64,000 nt of DNA from Anaeramoeba ignava BMAN. Its lineage: Eukaryota > Protista > Anaeramoebae. Below the pieces are notes generated by a model. It ran no database searches and was not told where the DNA came from. It saw only the letters and a program-made list of their open reading frames with translations. Below, piece by piece: positions 26,901 through 37,772 of this stretch. The translations under genes and the position numbers were made by a program. The stretch lies in assembly GCA_028826165.1 (NCBI GenBank), contig JAPDFW010000096.1:124001-188000 (forward strand), in the 5' to 3' direction. How positions within the stretch are numbered: position 1 is the first letter of the stretch; each line of letters starts with the position of its first letter.

Positions 26901-27869
26901 CCTTGTATGGGGATTGATTTCTGGAAGAAAATGATCGAAAAAAAGGCGAGAATATTTGAGAATTCACATCAATATCACATTTCAGTTTGCTATTATCTTG
27001 CATGTCATCAAGTAAGAAAAGCAATTGATGTTTATAAAAAAGCAAATATGCTTGATGAAGCAATTGCGCTTGCAAAAGAACGACTTTCTCCACAAGATCC
27101 AGAAATTCCAGCATTATATCATTTATTAGCCGAAAAATCTGAGAAAGAAGGACTTTATGAAAAAGCAGCTGAATGTTATATTGCTCTTAAAAATCCAAAA
27201 GATGCAATTTCATCACTTGTCAGAAAAGGAGATTTTTTTGCTTTAAAAATTGCTCTTCAAATTTCACAAGTTTGCAAACAGGATTTGGTATCATTTCCTG
27301 ATTTATCTTATCAAAACATCCGTGTTTTGTACGGATTAGAACTCCAGTCTATTCATTCTTTTGAAGATGCAATCCAATTTTTTGATTCTTCAAATCATTT
27401 GAAAATCCCTTTAATTTTCCATCATTTGCATCAAACATTACAAGAAGTTTCAACCATTTCTTCCAATAAGAATTCAAATGAAACGATTAATTCTCAAATT
27501 TTACTTTCTGATAATATTTTATCAAAATTTGCTTCAATTTTCAAAATAGATGATGAATATTTATTTAAATTATTGATTATTTTATGGGAAAAATTCCAAA
27601 TTCCTCTTGAAACTCAAAGTTTACAAAAGTTTCTTATTGAACTTGAAAATTCTAATGTTCTTTCTGTTATCCAAAAATGGGAAGAAGCGAAAAGAATTGA
27701 ATATAATTTTGCATTCCACATTTCAAAAATGTTTCTTTATTTGATTTTAGGAAATTATCAAAAAGGATTTTTAATTTTTAATGAAATTTCAAATGAAAAA
27801 TTAGAAAAAGTGGAATTATTATTATTATTAAAAATTTGGAATAAAATAATAATTAAATTAAAAAATTAA
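23913..27869 (+). CDS. GEMIN5: Gem-associated protein 5 (SMN complex); WD40 propellers plus TPR-like dimerisation domain; intronless
   Basis: N-terminal IPSSPIWY matches the Gemin5 PxSPxWY motif. Many WD40 repeats follow, including FWKGITSRISCLNW..ENILAFG. The C-terminal YHISVCYYLACHQVRKAIDVY..LDEAIALAKERL..G.YEKAAECY matches the Gemin5 dimerisation region as I recall it. Confidence 0.85.
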   Translation: MIPSSPIWYFTQSSDYGINNDLFAYATQNYVFILNTKSKSIIGQLNGHKSKVTSVAFSQSKNMNYIIASGSEDRNIKVWDVKTFSEISSHSKHNSTISCISFSKLKYDLLISADFRGFIVSWFWSQDKIQKFQPLKMKILCLSCSPFNPNHVAVGYEKGSILIIDIFECKIILNLTGHLHDVLSLDWFRPPFDKAQTNKTSHEILLSSSKDKTLRIWDLKTGQTLKILSVPKTNQSKSKINENIWIISKWVLFKTEIKIIFTSINGELVLWDLTNDPIAKILLDPDQDQANPKNIQPKTQKRKKRKKGKKTNQSFFRFNQNPLRLIFNIQLVNNDSELKEFITTSLDRKITFWSFASNTKLWEITALTSYPTSLDGSPLNPANLAIGCGETIQIWKTGNFDQPFDSRTFWKGITSRISCLNWSFREENILAFGNYAGGLGILNIKTGKVVQFASVNQNQIKQMQWIELTKSKKSKEKVDQEINQEVLKKLMIFILDSNGNFYQSDPKQPKLKPQNVIFDLPKNENLNENLNQIENENKNQNQNQIEIEIKNLNQIEIENLNENQNENQNENQNLNQNQNQNQNENQNENQNENQNENQNQNQYQNQIQNQNQNQNENQYQKKNPICFHWNDTFETLSIGNKDGSIDFFSLKNSEEDIPKKNSKSEKENELHLEYLFNLHYHSDSILSVKWQKTIFGRNLLASASSDCTIQIYNIETKERILILKGHTKEVTDLCWSPHDSNLLASISADGTAQVWNIENENPRAISNYRDHTKPCKCIFWSETNLDFIFTGSDDQTVRMWNYQMQKFEKPPNIQVVSNEQKIDSCEKIEEKMIDLLAESNEMHEEENKSKQVTKKRKSKSKRKKKASNENVEQKIFLTVSNTNDIDSREKYGNACINLAKMLYLNENENENENEIKKSKFNIPLFLQEKNDPNKYHLHKLFNHEIKQDSTQKEFNNEFVVNFWRSEFGKIFEKVNDNGMQTNINQNNLNNHILALSPCMGIDFWKKMIEKKARIFENSHQYHISVCYYLACHQVRKAIDVYKKANMLDEAIALAKERLSPQDPEIPALYHLLAEKSEKEGLYEKAAECYIALKNPKDAISSLVRKGDFFALKIALQISQVCKQDLVSFPDLSYQNIRVLYGLELQSIHSFEDAIQFFDSSNHLKIPLIFHHLHQTLQEVSTISSNKNSNETINSQILLSDNILSKFASIFKIDDEYLFKLLIILWEKFQIPLETQSLQKFLIELENSNVLSVIQKWEEAKRIEYNFAFHISKMFLYLILGNYQKGFLIFNEISNEKLEKVELLLLLKIWNKIIIKLKN

Positions 27870-28128
27870 TTAAAAATAAAAAAAAAGGAGAAAATGAAAA
27901 TTAAATTAAAAAAGGAGAAATTTTTCGTCATTCATATAAAAATATATATATATAATTTTATATTAAATTAAATAAAAATTTTTTCAATTAAAAAACGTTT
28001 AAATTACGTCATTTAATAATTTAAAAAGAAAAAAATAATAATTTCTTTTTTCATTCTTCAATTTACTTTTTATTTTTTATTTTTTAAATTTAAATTTAAA
28101 AACAAAATCAAATCAAATCAAATCAAAA

Positions 28129-28314
28129 ATGGTTCGTCAACATGGATCTTTAACTAGAGCTGGAAAAGTTCGAAATGTAACACCAAAAGTTGAAAAAACT
28201 TTCAAGAGAAAGTTAACAGGAAGAAAAAAGAAGAGAATTCTCTTCACACGGCGCTTTATTAATGCGCCTGTTCAAACCCAAGGAAAAGTTGGTTTGAACC
28301 CACAAAAGAAGTAG
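28129..28314 (+). CDS. RPS30: 40S ribosomal protein eS30 (no ubiquitin-like fusion)
   Basis: [35 protein letters not shown]. Confidence 0.95.
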   Translation: MVRQHGSLTRAGKVRNVTPKVEKTFKRKLTGRKKKRILFTRRFINAPVQTQGKVGLNPQKK

Positions 28315-28902
28315 AAAAAGAAGAAGATTATTTTTTTTTTAAAACAGAATTTGTTTTAAAAAGTCCCTTTATTTTTTTTATTTTGGATTTGCTAGTTCAA
28401 AATTATTCGTGACTTTTTTTTTTCTCTTTTTAAATTTTTAAATTTTCAAATTTTTAAATTTTCAAGTTGATTTTAATAACTCTTTAAAAATGGTTCTTGA
28501 TTAAATCTTTCTTTTTTTTTATGCATTCGTTCATTACTTGCTTAATTGATTAATTGATTACTTATTTGATTGATTTGGGACTTTATTTTATTTTTTTACA
28601 AACAAATTCTGATTGGAATATTTTTTTTTACTTCTTTTTAATTTCAAAATCAAAAATTCAAATTTAATTCTTCTTCTTCTTTCTTTCTTTCTTTCTTTCA
28701 AAAACAGAATAAAAATCAAAATTCAAAATCAAATTCTTTTTTTTTTTCATATTCAAATTAATCTTTATTTGAAAAAAAAAAATTATAAGAACAACAAATT
28801 TAAATTAAACCTTAAATTTGTGTTCAAAAAAAAAAATCGGAAAAAAAAATTTAAAGAAGAGAAAAAAAAAGAATTTTTCTTTGTTTTTAAAAGAAAGGAT
28901 TA

Positions 28903-31900
28903 TTATTTCTTTTCGGTATGGAAATCAATAATTTCTTCATAAATTAATTTTCTTAATTCTTCAGTAGATAATTCTGAATTTTCAAAAGAAAAATCAAATT
29001 TTTCTGTGCATTCAGTCTATAGAATTTAATAAAATTTAAAAGAAGAAAAATATTAGAATTTTATAATTAATTTTATAAATAATTTTATAAATAATTTTAT
29101 AATTAATTTTATAAATAATTTTATATATAATTTTATAAATAATTTTATATTTAATTTTATATATAATTTTATAAATAATTTTATATTTAATTTTATATTT
29201 AATTTTATAAATAATTTAATAAATAATTTAATAAATAATTTTATAAATAATTTTATAAATAATTTTATAAATAATTTTATAAATAATTTTATAAATAATT
29301 TTATAAATAATTTTATAAATAATTTTATAAATAATTTTATAAATAATTTTATAAATAATTTTATAAATAATTTTATAAATAATTTTATAAATAATTTTAT
29401 AAATAATTTTATAAATAATTTTTATAAATAATTTTATAATTAATTTTATAATTAATTTTATAATTAATTTTATAATTAATTTTATAATTAATTTTATAAT
29501 TAATTTTATAATTAATTTTATAATTAATTTTATAATTAATTTTATAAATAATTTTATAAATAATTTTATAAATAATTTTATATTTAATTTTTATAAATAA
29601 TTTTATAAATAATTTTATTAATAATTTTATAAATAATTTTATAAATAATTTTATATATAATTTTTATATATAATTTTTATATTTAATTTTATATTTAATT
29701 TTATAAATAATTTTATAATTAATTTTATAAATAATTTTATAAATAATTTTATAAATAATTTTATATTTAATTTTATAAATAATTTTATAAATAATTTTAT
29801 AAATAATTTTATATTTAATTTTATAATTAATTTCATAATTAATTTTATAATTAATTTTTATAAATAATTTTATAAATAATTTTTATAATTAATTTTATAA
29901 TTAATTTTATAATTAATTTTATAATTAATTTTATAATTAATTTTATAATTAATTTTATAAATAATTTTATAAATAATTTTATTAATAATTTTATATTTAA
30001 TTTTATAATTAATTTTATAATTAATTTTATAAATAATTTTATAATTAATTTTATAATTAATTTTATATTTAATTTAATAAATAATTTTATAAATAATTTT
30101 ATATTTAATTTTATAAATAATTTTATAAATAATTTTATAATTAATTTTATAAATAATTTTATAAATAATTTTATATTTAATTTTATATTTAATTTTATAT
30201 TTAATTTTATAATTAATTTTATATTTAATTTTATAAATAATTTTTATAAATAATTTTATTTAAAATTTATAATTAATTTTATATTTAATTTTTATTAATA
30301 ATTTTATAAATAATTTTATATTTAATTTTATAATTAATTTTATATTTAATTTCATAAATAATTTTATAAATAATTTAATAAATAATTTTATATTTAATTT
30401 TATATTTAATTTTATATTTAATTTAATAAATAATTTCATAATTAATTTTATATTTAATTTTATATTTAATTTTATATTTAATTTTATATTTAATTTTATA
30501 AATAATTTTATATATAATTTTATAAATAATTTTATAAATAATTTTATAAATAATTTTATATATAATTTTATAAATAATTTTATAAATAATTTTTATATTT
30601 AATTTCATTAATAATTTTATATTTAATTTTATAATTAATTTTATATTTAATTTTATAAATAATTTTATAATTAATTTTATATTTAATTTTATATTTAATT
30701 TTTATATTTAATTTTATATTTAATTTTATATTTAATTTTATATTTAATTTTATATTTAATTTTATAAATAATTTTATATTTAATTTTATAAATAATTTTA
30801 TAATTAATTTTATAAATAATTTTATAAATAATTTTATAAATAATTTTATAAATAATTTTATATTTAATTTTATAAATAATTTTATATATAATTTTATAAT
30901 TAATTTTATAAATAATTTTATAAATAATTTTATATTTAATTTTATATTTAATTTTATAAATAATTTTATAAATAATTTTATATATAATTTTATAAATAAT
31001 TTTATATATAATTTTATATTTAATTTTATAAATAATTTTATAAATAATTTTATAAATAATTTCAATCTATACAGCCTCATCAGGATCATAATGAGATTCA
31101 AGATAAGGATGTTTTAAAGCCTCATCCACAGTAATTCTTTTATCAGGATTAAAAGTAAGCATTTTATCAAGAAGATCCAAAGCCAAAGGATCAGCATTAG
31201 TATATAGTTTAGAGAAAGGTTGTTTTTGTTTTTTAGGGACTTTCATCATATATTCTTTAGCAGCTTCATTTTGAAAAGTATCAATTTCCTCAACAGAAGG
31301 AGTACCAATAAGTTCCACAATCAATTCGATTTGGTGAATATAATTACGACCAGGAAAAAGAGTTTTTCTTCCAAGAATTTCAGCAAAAATGCATCCAACT
31401 GACCAAACATCAATAGCCTTTGTATATTCTTTCCATGATAAAATAATTTCAGGTGCGCGAAACCATCTTGTTGCAACATATTCAGTCAGCATATTGTCCT
31501 CGTTATCAGTGAATCTTGCCAGTCCAAAATCGCAAATTTTCAATGAACAATTTCCGTTAAGTAAGATATTACTTGGTTTCATATCTCGATGAATAACGTT
31601 TGCTGAGTGAATATATTTTAAACCGCAAAGCATTTGGTACAAAAAATATTGAATGTGTTCGTTAGTTAATTTTTGCTTGGAAAGTATTACTCGTCGAAGA
31701 TCAGTGTCAACTAGTTCGCTTACTAAATAAACATCGTTGAAATCAGATTTAGAATCGGGTATAAGAATGTCAATTAGTGTCATTATGTTTTGATGCTTGA
31801 AATGCTTTAATAACTTGATTTCTCTTAATGTTCGTTTCGCATCTGTTACTCTTCCAAAAACGTTAATGATCTTTTTGATTGCTACTTTTGTTTTTGTTTC

Positions 31901-33942
31901 AAGATCCATTGCAGAGCTTAATTTTATAAATAATTTTATAAATAATTTTATTAATAATTTTATAAATAATTTTATAAATAATTTTATAAATAATTTTATA
32001 AATAATTTTATAAATAATTTTATAAATAATTTTATAAATAATTTTATAAATAATTTTATAAATAATTTAATATATAATTTTATATTTAATTTTATAAATA
32101 ATTTTATAAATAATTTAATAAATAATTTTATAAATAATTTTATAATTGATTTTATATTTAATTTTTAAATAATTTTATAAATAATTTTATAAATAATTTT
32201 ATAAATAATTTTATAAATAATTTTTTTATAAATAATTTTATAATTAATTTTATATTTAATTTTATATTTAATTTTTTATAATTAATTTTATAATTAATTT
32301 TATAAATAATTTTATAAATAATTTTATAATTAATTTTATATTTAATTTTATATTTAATTTTATTAATAATTTTATATTTAATTTTATATTTAATTTTATA
32401 TTTAATTTTATAAATAATTTTATAAATAATTTTATAAATAATTTTTAAAAATAATTTTATAAATAATTTTATATTTAATTTTATAAATAATTTTATATTT
32501 AATTTTATATATAATTTTATATTTAATTTTATAAAATAATTTTTATTAATAATTTTATAAATAATTTTATATTTAATTTTATTAATAATTTTATAAATAA
32601 TTTTATATTTTAATTTTATAAATAATTTTATAAATAATTTTATATTTATTTTAATTTTATTAATAATTTTATAAAATAATTTTATAATTAATTTTTATAT
32701 TTAATTTTATAAATAATTTTATATATAATTTTATAATTAATTTTATAAATAATTTTATAATTAATTTTATTAATAATTTTATATTTAATTTTATAATTAA
32801 TTTTATAATTAATTTTATATTTAATTTTTTTATATTTAATTTTATATTTAATTTTTTATATTTAATTTTATATTTAATTTTATATTTAATTTTATAATTA
32901 ATTTTATAAAATAATTTTATAAATAATTTTATAAATAATTTTATAAATAATTTTATATATAATTTTTATATATTTTAATTTTTTTATAAATAATTTTATA
33001 TATAATTTTATATTTAATCTTAATAATAATTTTATAAATAATTTTATAAATAATTTTATATATAATTTTATATTTAATTTTATAAATAATTTTTATATTT
33101 AATTTTATATTTAATTTTATATATAATTTAATAAATAATTTTATAAATAATTTTATAAATAATTTTATAAATAATTTTATAATTAATTTTATAAATAATT
33201 TTATAAATAATTTTATAATAATTTTATAAATAATTTTATAATTAATTTTATAAATAATTTTATATTTAATTTTATAAATAATTTTTTATAAATAATTTTA
33301 TAAATAATTTTATAAATAATTTTATAAATAATTTAATATATAATTTTATATTTAATTTTATAAATAATTTTATAAATAATTTAATAAATAATTTTATATA
33401 AATAATTTTATAATTGATTTTATATTTAATTTAATAAATAATTTTTTATATTTAATTTTATATTTAATTTTATATTTAATTTTATAAATAATTTTTATAA
33501 ATAATTTTATAATTAATTTTATAATTAATTTTTTATATTTAATTTTATATTTAATTTTATATTTAATTTAATAAATAATTTTATAAATAATTTTATAATT
33601 AATTTTATATTTAATTTTATATTTAATTTTATAAATAATTTTATTAATAATTTTATAAATAATTTTATATTTAATTTTATATTTAATTTTATATTTAATT
33701 TTATAAATAATTTTATAAATAATTTTATAAATAATTTTATAAATAATTTTATAATTAATTTAATATTTAATTTTATTGTTTCGGTTAATAAATTTTAATT
33801 TTATTTTTGTTGTATTTTTTATTTTTAATTTTATTTACCAAACAACTCCATATGCTCCTTGACCAATTAATTTAATTAATTTGTATTTCGAATCGACTTC
33901 AAATACTGTTCCTCCAACTGAAAATGCAACTTTTTTTGACAT
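28903..33942 (-). CDS. ERK-type MAP kinase with a TEY activation loop, 3 exons
   Basis: Exon 1 MSKKVAFSVGGTVFEVDSKYKLIKLIGQGAYGVVC. Exon 2 VAIKKI..AKRTLREIKLL..HRDMKPSNILL..DFGLAR..TEYVATRWFRAPE..HPYL. Exon 3 TECTEKFDFSFE..IYEEIIDFHTEKK*. Introns at 33838-31917 and 31072-29017. Confidence 0.95.
29017..31072 (-). repeat. MAPK intron 2 (2056 nt) filled with the 12-bp satellite (ATAAAATTATTT/ATAAAATTAAAT)n
   Basis: GT-AG bounded; tandem 12-mer variants throughout. Confidence 0.9.
31917..33838 (-). repeat. MAPK intron 1 (1922 nt) filled with the same 12-bp satellite
   Basis: GT-AG bounded; the last unit runs into the acceptor (ataaaattaAG). Confidence 0.9.
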
Positions 33943-34234
33943 AAATAAAAAAGAAAAATGATTTTGTAATTTTTTTTTTTTTCGATTTTTTTTTTGTTTT
34001 TTTATTTTTTTTTGATTTGTTTTGATTTTTCATGATTCACGATTTCAATTTGTTTTTCCTCTTTTTTTTTTTTGTTTTTTTAAATTATTTTTTTTTAAAA
34101 TGGTTTTTTGTTTTGTTTTTGCTATTTTATTTATTATTTTTTTTGTTGGAATTTTTTTTTAAAAAAAAGAGTTTTTGCGAATTTTCACTTTTTAATTATT
34201 TTTAAATTAAATTTTTAATTTGATCGAAAAAAAA

Positions 34235-34470
34235 AAGATCAATTCTAATATTTATTTTATAAGATCAATTCTAATATTTATTTAATCTTTTTTCTAATAT
34301 TTATTTTATAAGATCAATTCTAATATTTATTCAATATTTATCTAATATTTATTTTATAAGATCAATTCTAATATTTATTTAATATTTATTTTATAAGATC
34401 AATTCTACATTTTATTCAATATTTATTTAATATTTATTTTAAAAGATCAATTCTAATATTTATTCAATAT
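34235..34470. repeat. six copies of AAGATCAATTCTA(A/C)(T)ATTT between the phosphatase array and the MAPK start
   Basis: Copies near 34235, 34261, 34310, 34358, 34395 and 34443. Confidence 0.85.
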
Positions 34471-34523
34471 TTATTTATATTTTATTTATATTTTATTTAT
34501 ATTTATTGAAGAAAAAAAAAAAT

Positions 34524-35383
34524 TTAATCTTTCTTTTTATAATCTTTAACACAAAAAACTTTATTATCTGGAAGTAAAACAGCAGAAATATTTCCAGAAT
34601 GACCACCAGTTGTATCAACAAGAATTCTTTTTTGTTTAAAAATAACTTTATTTTGAGGAACATGACCAGAAACAATAATTTTTGAGCAAATTCAGGAGCA
34701 GTTAAATGATTTCTATCACAAATCCAAGTTGGTCTTGGATCACTTAAATCTTTTTTTCTTAAACATTCAATATGTTCATCCCAACTTTTATTATCATTAG
34801 GAATTCCTGAATGAATAAATACATAATCAGGATGTTCAACAATCCAAGGAAGATTAATATAAAAATCTCGATATTTTTGTGGAAATTTAGATGATAAACT
34901 TGGTTGTTTTGGAAATTCTGCTCCTAATCCTTTAAATGTAGGAAGTGATGAATAAACTACTGGATATCTTCTTCCTTGTAAATGCATTTTCTCTTTATTT
35001 TCTTCATTATAAAGTTGCCATTTATATTTATAATCATCAACCATTTTATCAAAATCAACATTTTCAGGTTCTGGAATAAGTTTAAGAAATGTCATTAATG
35101 CTAAATCATGATTTCCACAAATAAATGTTGTTTTGGGTCGATTTTCCCAAAGATTAATAAGAAAATCAAGTGTTTCTTTTGGATTTGGACCTTTATCAAT
35201 ATAATCTCCAAGAAAAACAACCCAAACATCATCAAAATTTTCAATATTTTCTTCTAACATTTCAAATAATTTTTTTAATCCATTTATATATGAATGAATA
35301 TCTCCAATAGCTATTACTCTTCCTGAAATTTGTGTTTCCATGCTTTTATTTTTATTTTTATTTTTATTTTTATTTTTTTCCAT
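34524..35383 (-). CDS. RLPH (Rhizobiales-like) PPP-family metallophosphatase, copy A; 1-nt deletion in a T-run near 34680
   Basis: Motifs GDIHS, FLGDYIDKGP, GNHD, MHLQGRR, FIHSG. Adding one base restores IVSGH..DTTGG..KKKD* as in the paralogs. Confidence 0.8.
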
Positions 35384-35637
35384 TCTTATTCTTATTTTTA
35401 TTTTTAAATTTTAAATTTTAAATTTTAAAAAAAATGAAAAGAAAAAATGATTTTTTAATTTTATAAAAAAATTGAGAAAAGAAATTAAAAAAATGAGAAC
35501 AAAATTCTTTTTTTAAAGAGAAAAATGAGAACAAAATAAAATGATTTGGAAAATTGATTTAATTTGAATTTAGAATGAAAAATTAATTTGAAGTAAAAAG
35601 AATGTTAAAAAAAAATTCTAAGAAAAATATTAACTAA

Positions 35638-36487
35638 CTAATCTTTCTTTTTATAATCTTTAACACAAAAAACTTTATTATCTGGAAGTAAAACAGCAGA
35701 AATATTCTCAGAATCGCCACCAGTTGTATCAACAAGAATTCTTTTTTGTTTAAAAATAACTTCAGGTTGTTCAACATGACCAGAAACAATAGTTTTTTGA
35801 GCAAATTCAGGAGCAGTTAAATGATTTCTATCACAAATCCAAGTTGGTCTTGGATCACTTAAATCTTTTTTTCTTAAACATTCAATATGTTCATTCCAAC
35901 TTTTATTATCATTAGGAATTCCTGAATGAATAAATACATAATCAGGATGTTCAACAATCCAAGGAAGATTAATATAAAAATCTTGATATTTTTGTGAAAA
36001 TTTAGATGATAAACTTGGTTGTTTTGGAAATTCTGCTCCTAATCCTTTAAATGTTAGGAAGTGATGAATAAATAAGTGGATATCTTCTTCCTTGTAAATG
36101 CATTTTCTCTTTATTTTCTCCATTATAAAGTTCCCATTTATATTTATAATCATCTGCTATTTTATCAAAATCAACATTTTCAGGTTCTGGAATAAGTTTA
36201 AGAAATGTCATTAATGCTAAATCATGATTTCCACAAATAAATGTTGTTTTGGGTCGATTTTCCCAAAGATTAATAAGAAAATCAAGTGTTTCTTTTGGAT
36301 TTGGACCTCTATCAATATAATCTCCAAGAAAAACAACCCAAACATCATCAAAATTTTCAATATTTTCTTCTAACATTTCAAATAATTTTTTTAATCCATT
36401 TATATATGAATGAACATCTCCAATAGCTATTACTCTTCCTGAAATTTGTGTTTCCATGTTTTTATTTTTATTTTTATTTTTTTCCAT
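35638..36487 (-). CDS. RLPH-like PPP phosphatase, copy B; 1-nt insertion near 36055
   Basis: ORFs 36047..36487 and 35638..36153 join when one T is removed (aaatgttagg here vs aaatgtagg in the paralogs). Confidence 0.8.
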
Positions 36488-36702
36488 TGTTATTCTTATT
36501 TTTAATTTTAAATTTTAAATTTTAAAAAAAATGAAAAGAAAAAATGATTTTTTAATTTTATAAAAAAATTGAGAAAAGAAATTAAAAAAATGAGAACAAA
36601 ATAAAATGATTTGGAAAATTGATTTAATTTGAATTTAGAATGAAAAATTAATTTGAAGTAAAAAGAATGTTAAAAAAAAATTCTAAGAAAAATATTAACT
36701 AA

Positions 36703-37578
36703 CTAATCTTTCTTTTTATAATCTTTAACACAAAAAACTTTATTATCTGGAAGTAAAACAGCAGAAATATTTTCATTTTCACCACCAGTTGTATCAACAA
36801 GAATTCTTTTTTGTTTAAAAATAACTTCAGGTTGTTCAACATGACCAGAAACAATAGTTTTTTGAGCAAATTCAGGAGCAGTTAAATGATTTCTATCACA
36901 AATCCAAGTTGGTCTTGGATCACTTAAATCTTTTTTTCTTAAACATTCAATATGTTCATCCCAACTTCTATTATCATTAGGAATTCCTGAATGAATAAAT
37001 ACATAATCAGGATGTTCAACAATCCAAGGAAGATTAATATAAAAATCTCGATATTTTTGTGAGAATTTAGATGATAAACTTGGTTGTTTTGGAAATTCTG
37101 CTCCTAATCCATCAAATGTAGGAAGTGATGAATAAATAAGTGGATATCTTCTTCCTTGTAAATGCATTTTCTCTTTATTTTCTCCACTATAAAGTTGCCA
37201 TGGACGTTTATAATCATCAACTATTTTATCAAAATCAACATTTTCAGGTTCTGGAATAAGTTTAAGAAATGTCATTAATGCTAAATCATGATTTCCACAA
37301 ATAAATGTTGTTTTGGGTCGATTTTCCCAAAGATTAATAAGGAAATCAAGTGTTTCTTTTGGATTTGGACCTCTATCAACATAATCTCCAAGAAAAACAA
37401 CCCAAACATCATCAAAATTTTCAATATTTTCTTCTAACATTTCAAATAATTTTTTTAATCCATTTATATATGAATGAACATCTCCAATAGCTATTACTCT
37501 TCCTGAAATTTGTGTTTTCATTCTTCTTTTTTTTATCTTTTCTCTTTTTTCTTTTTCAAGATGATGTTTTTTTTCCAT
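36703..37578 (-). CDS. RLPH-like PPP phosphatase, copy C (intact)
   Basis: 291 aa with GDVHS, FLGDYVDRGP, GNHD, MHLQGRR, LPWIVE, FIHSG, IVSGH and DTTGG. Confidence 0.9.
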   Translation of the reverse strand: MEKKHHLEKEKREKIKKRRMKTQISGRVIAIGDVHSYINGLKKLFEMLEENIENFDDVWVVFLGDYVDRGPNPKETLDFLINLWENRPKTTFICGNHDLALMTFLKLIPEPENVDFDKIVDDYKRPWQLYSGENKEKMHLQGRRYPLIYSSLPTFDGLGAEFPKQPSLSSKFSQKYRDFYINLPWIVEHPDYVFIHSGIPNDNRSWDEHIECLRKKDLSDPRPTWICDRNHLTAPEFAQKTIVSGHVEQPEVIFKQKRILVDTTGGENENISAVLLPDNKVFCVKDYKKKD

Positions 37579-37772
37579 TTAATTAATTTTCAAAATAAAT
37601 TTTAAATTGAAATTAAAAAAAAATTTTTTCTATAAAATAATTCTAATTTTAAAAAAGAAAAAATGAAAAAAATGAATTTTCGATTTTTATTTTTTGAAAT
37701 TTTTTAAAAAGAAAAAATGAATGAAAAGAAAAAAAAGAAATTTTAGAAATGAAAGAAATGAAAGAAATTGAT

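Noticed and set aside
29651-32168. (IKLF)n, (INNF)n and (YKII)n ORFs, and the similar (KLLY)n ORF at 15600-15905
   Set aside because: They are stop-free frames of 12-bp intronic satellites, not genes.
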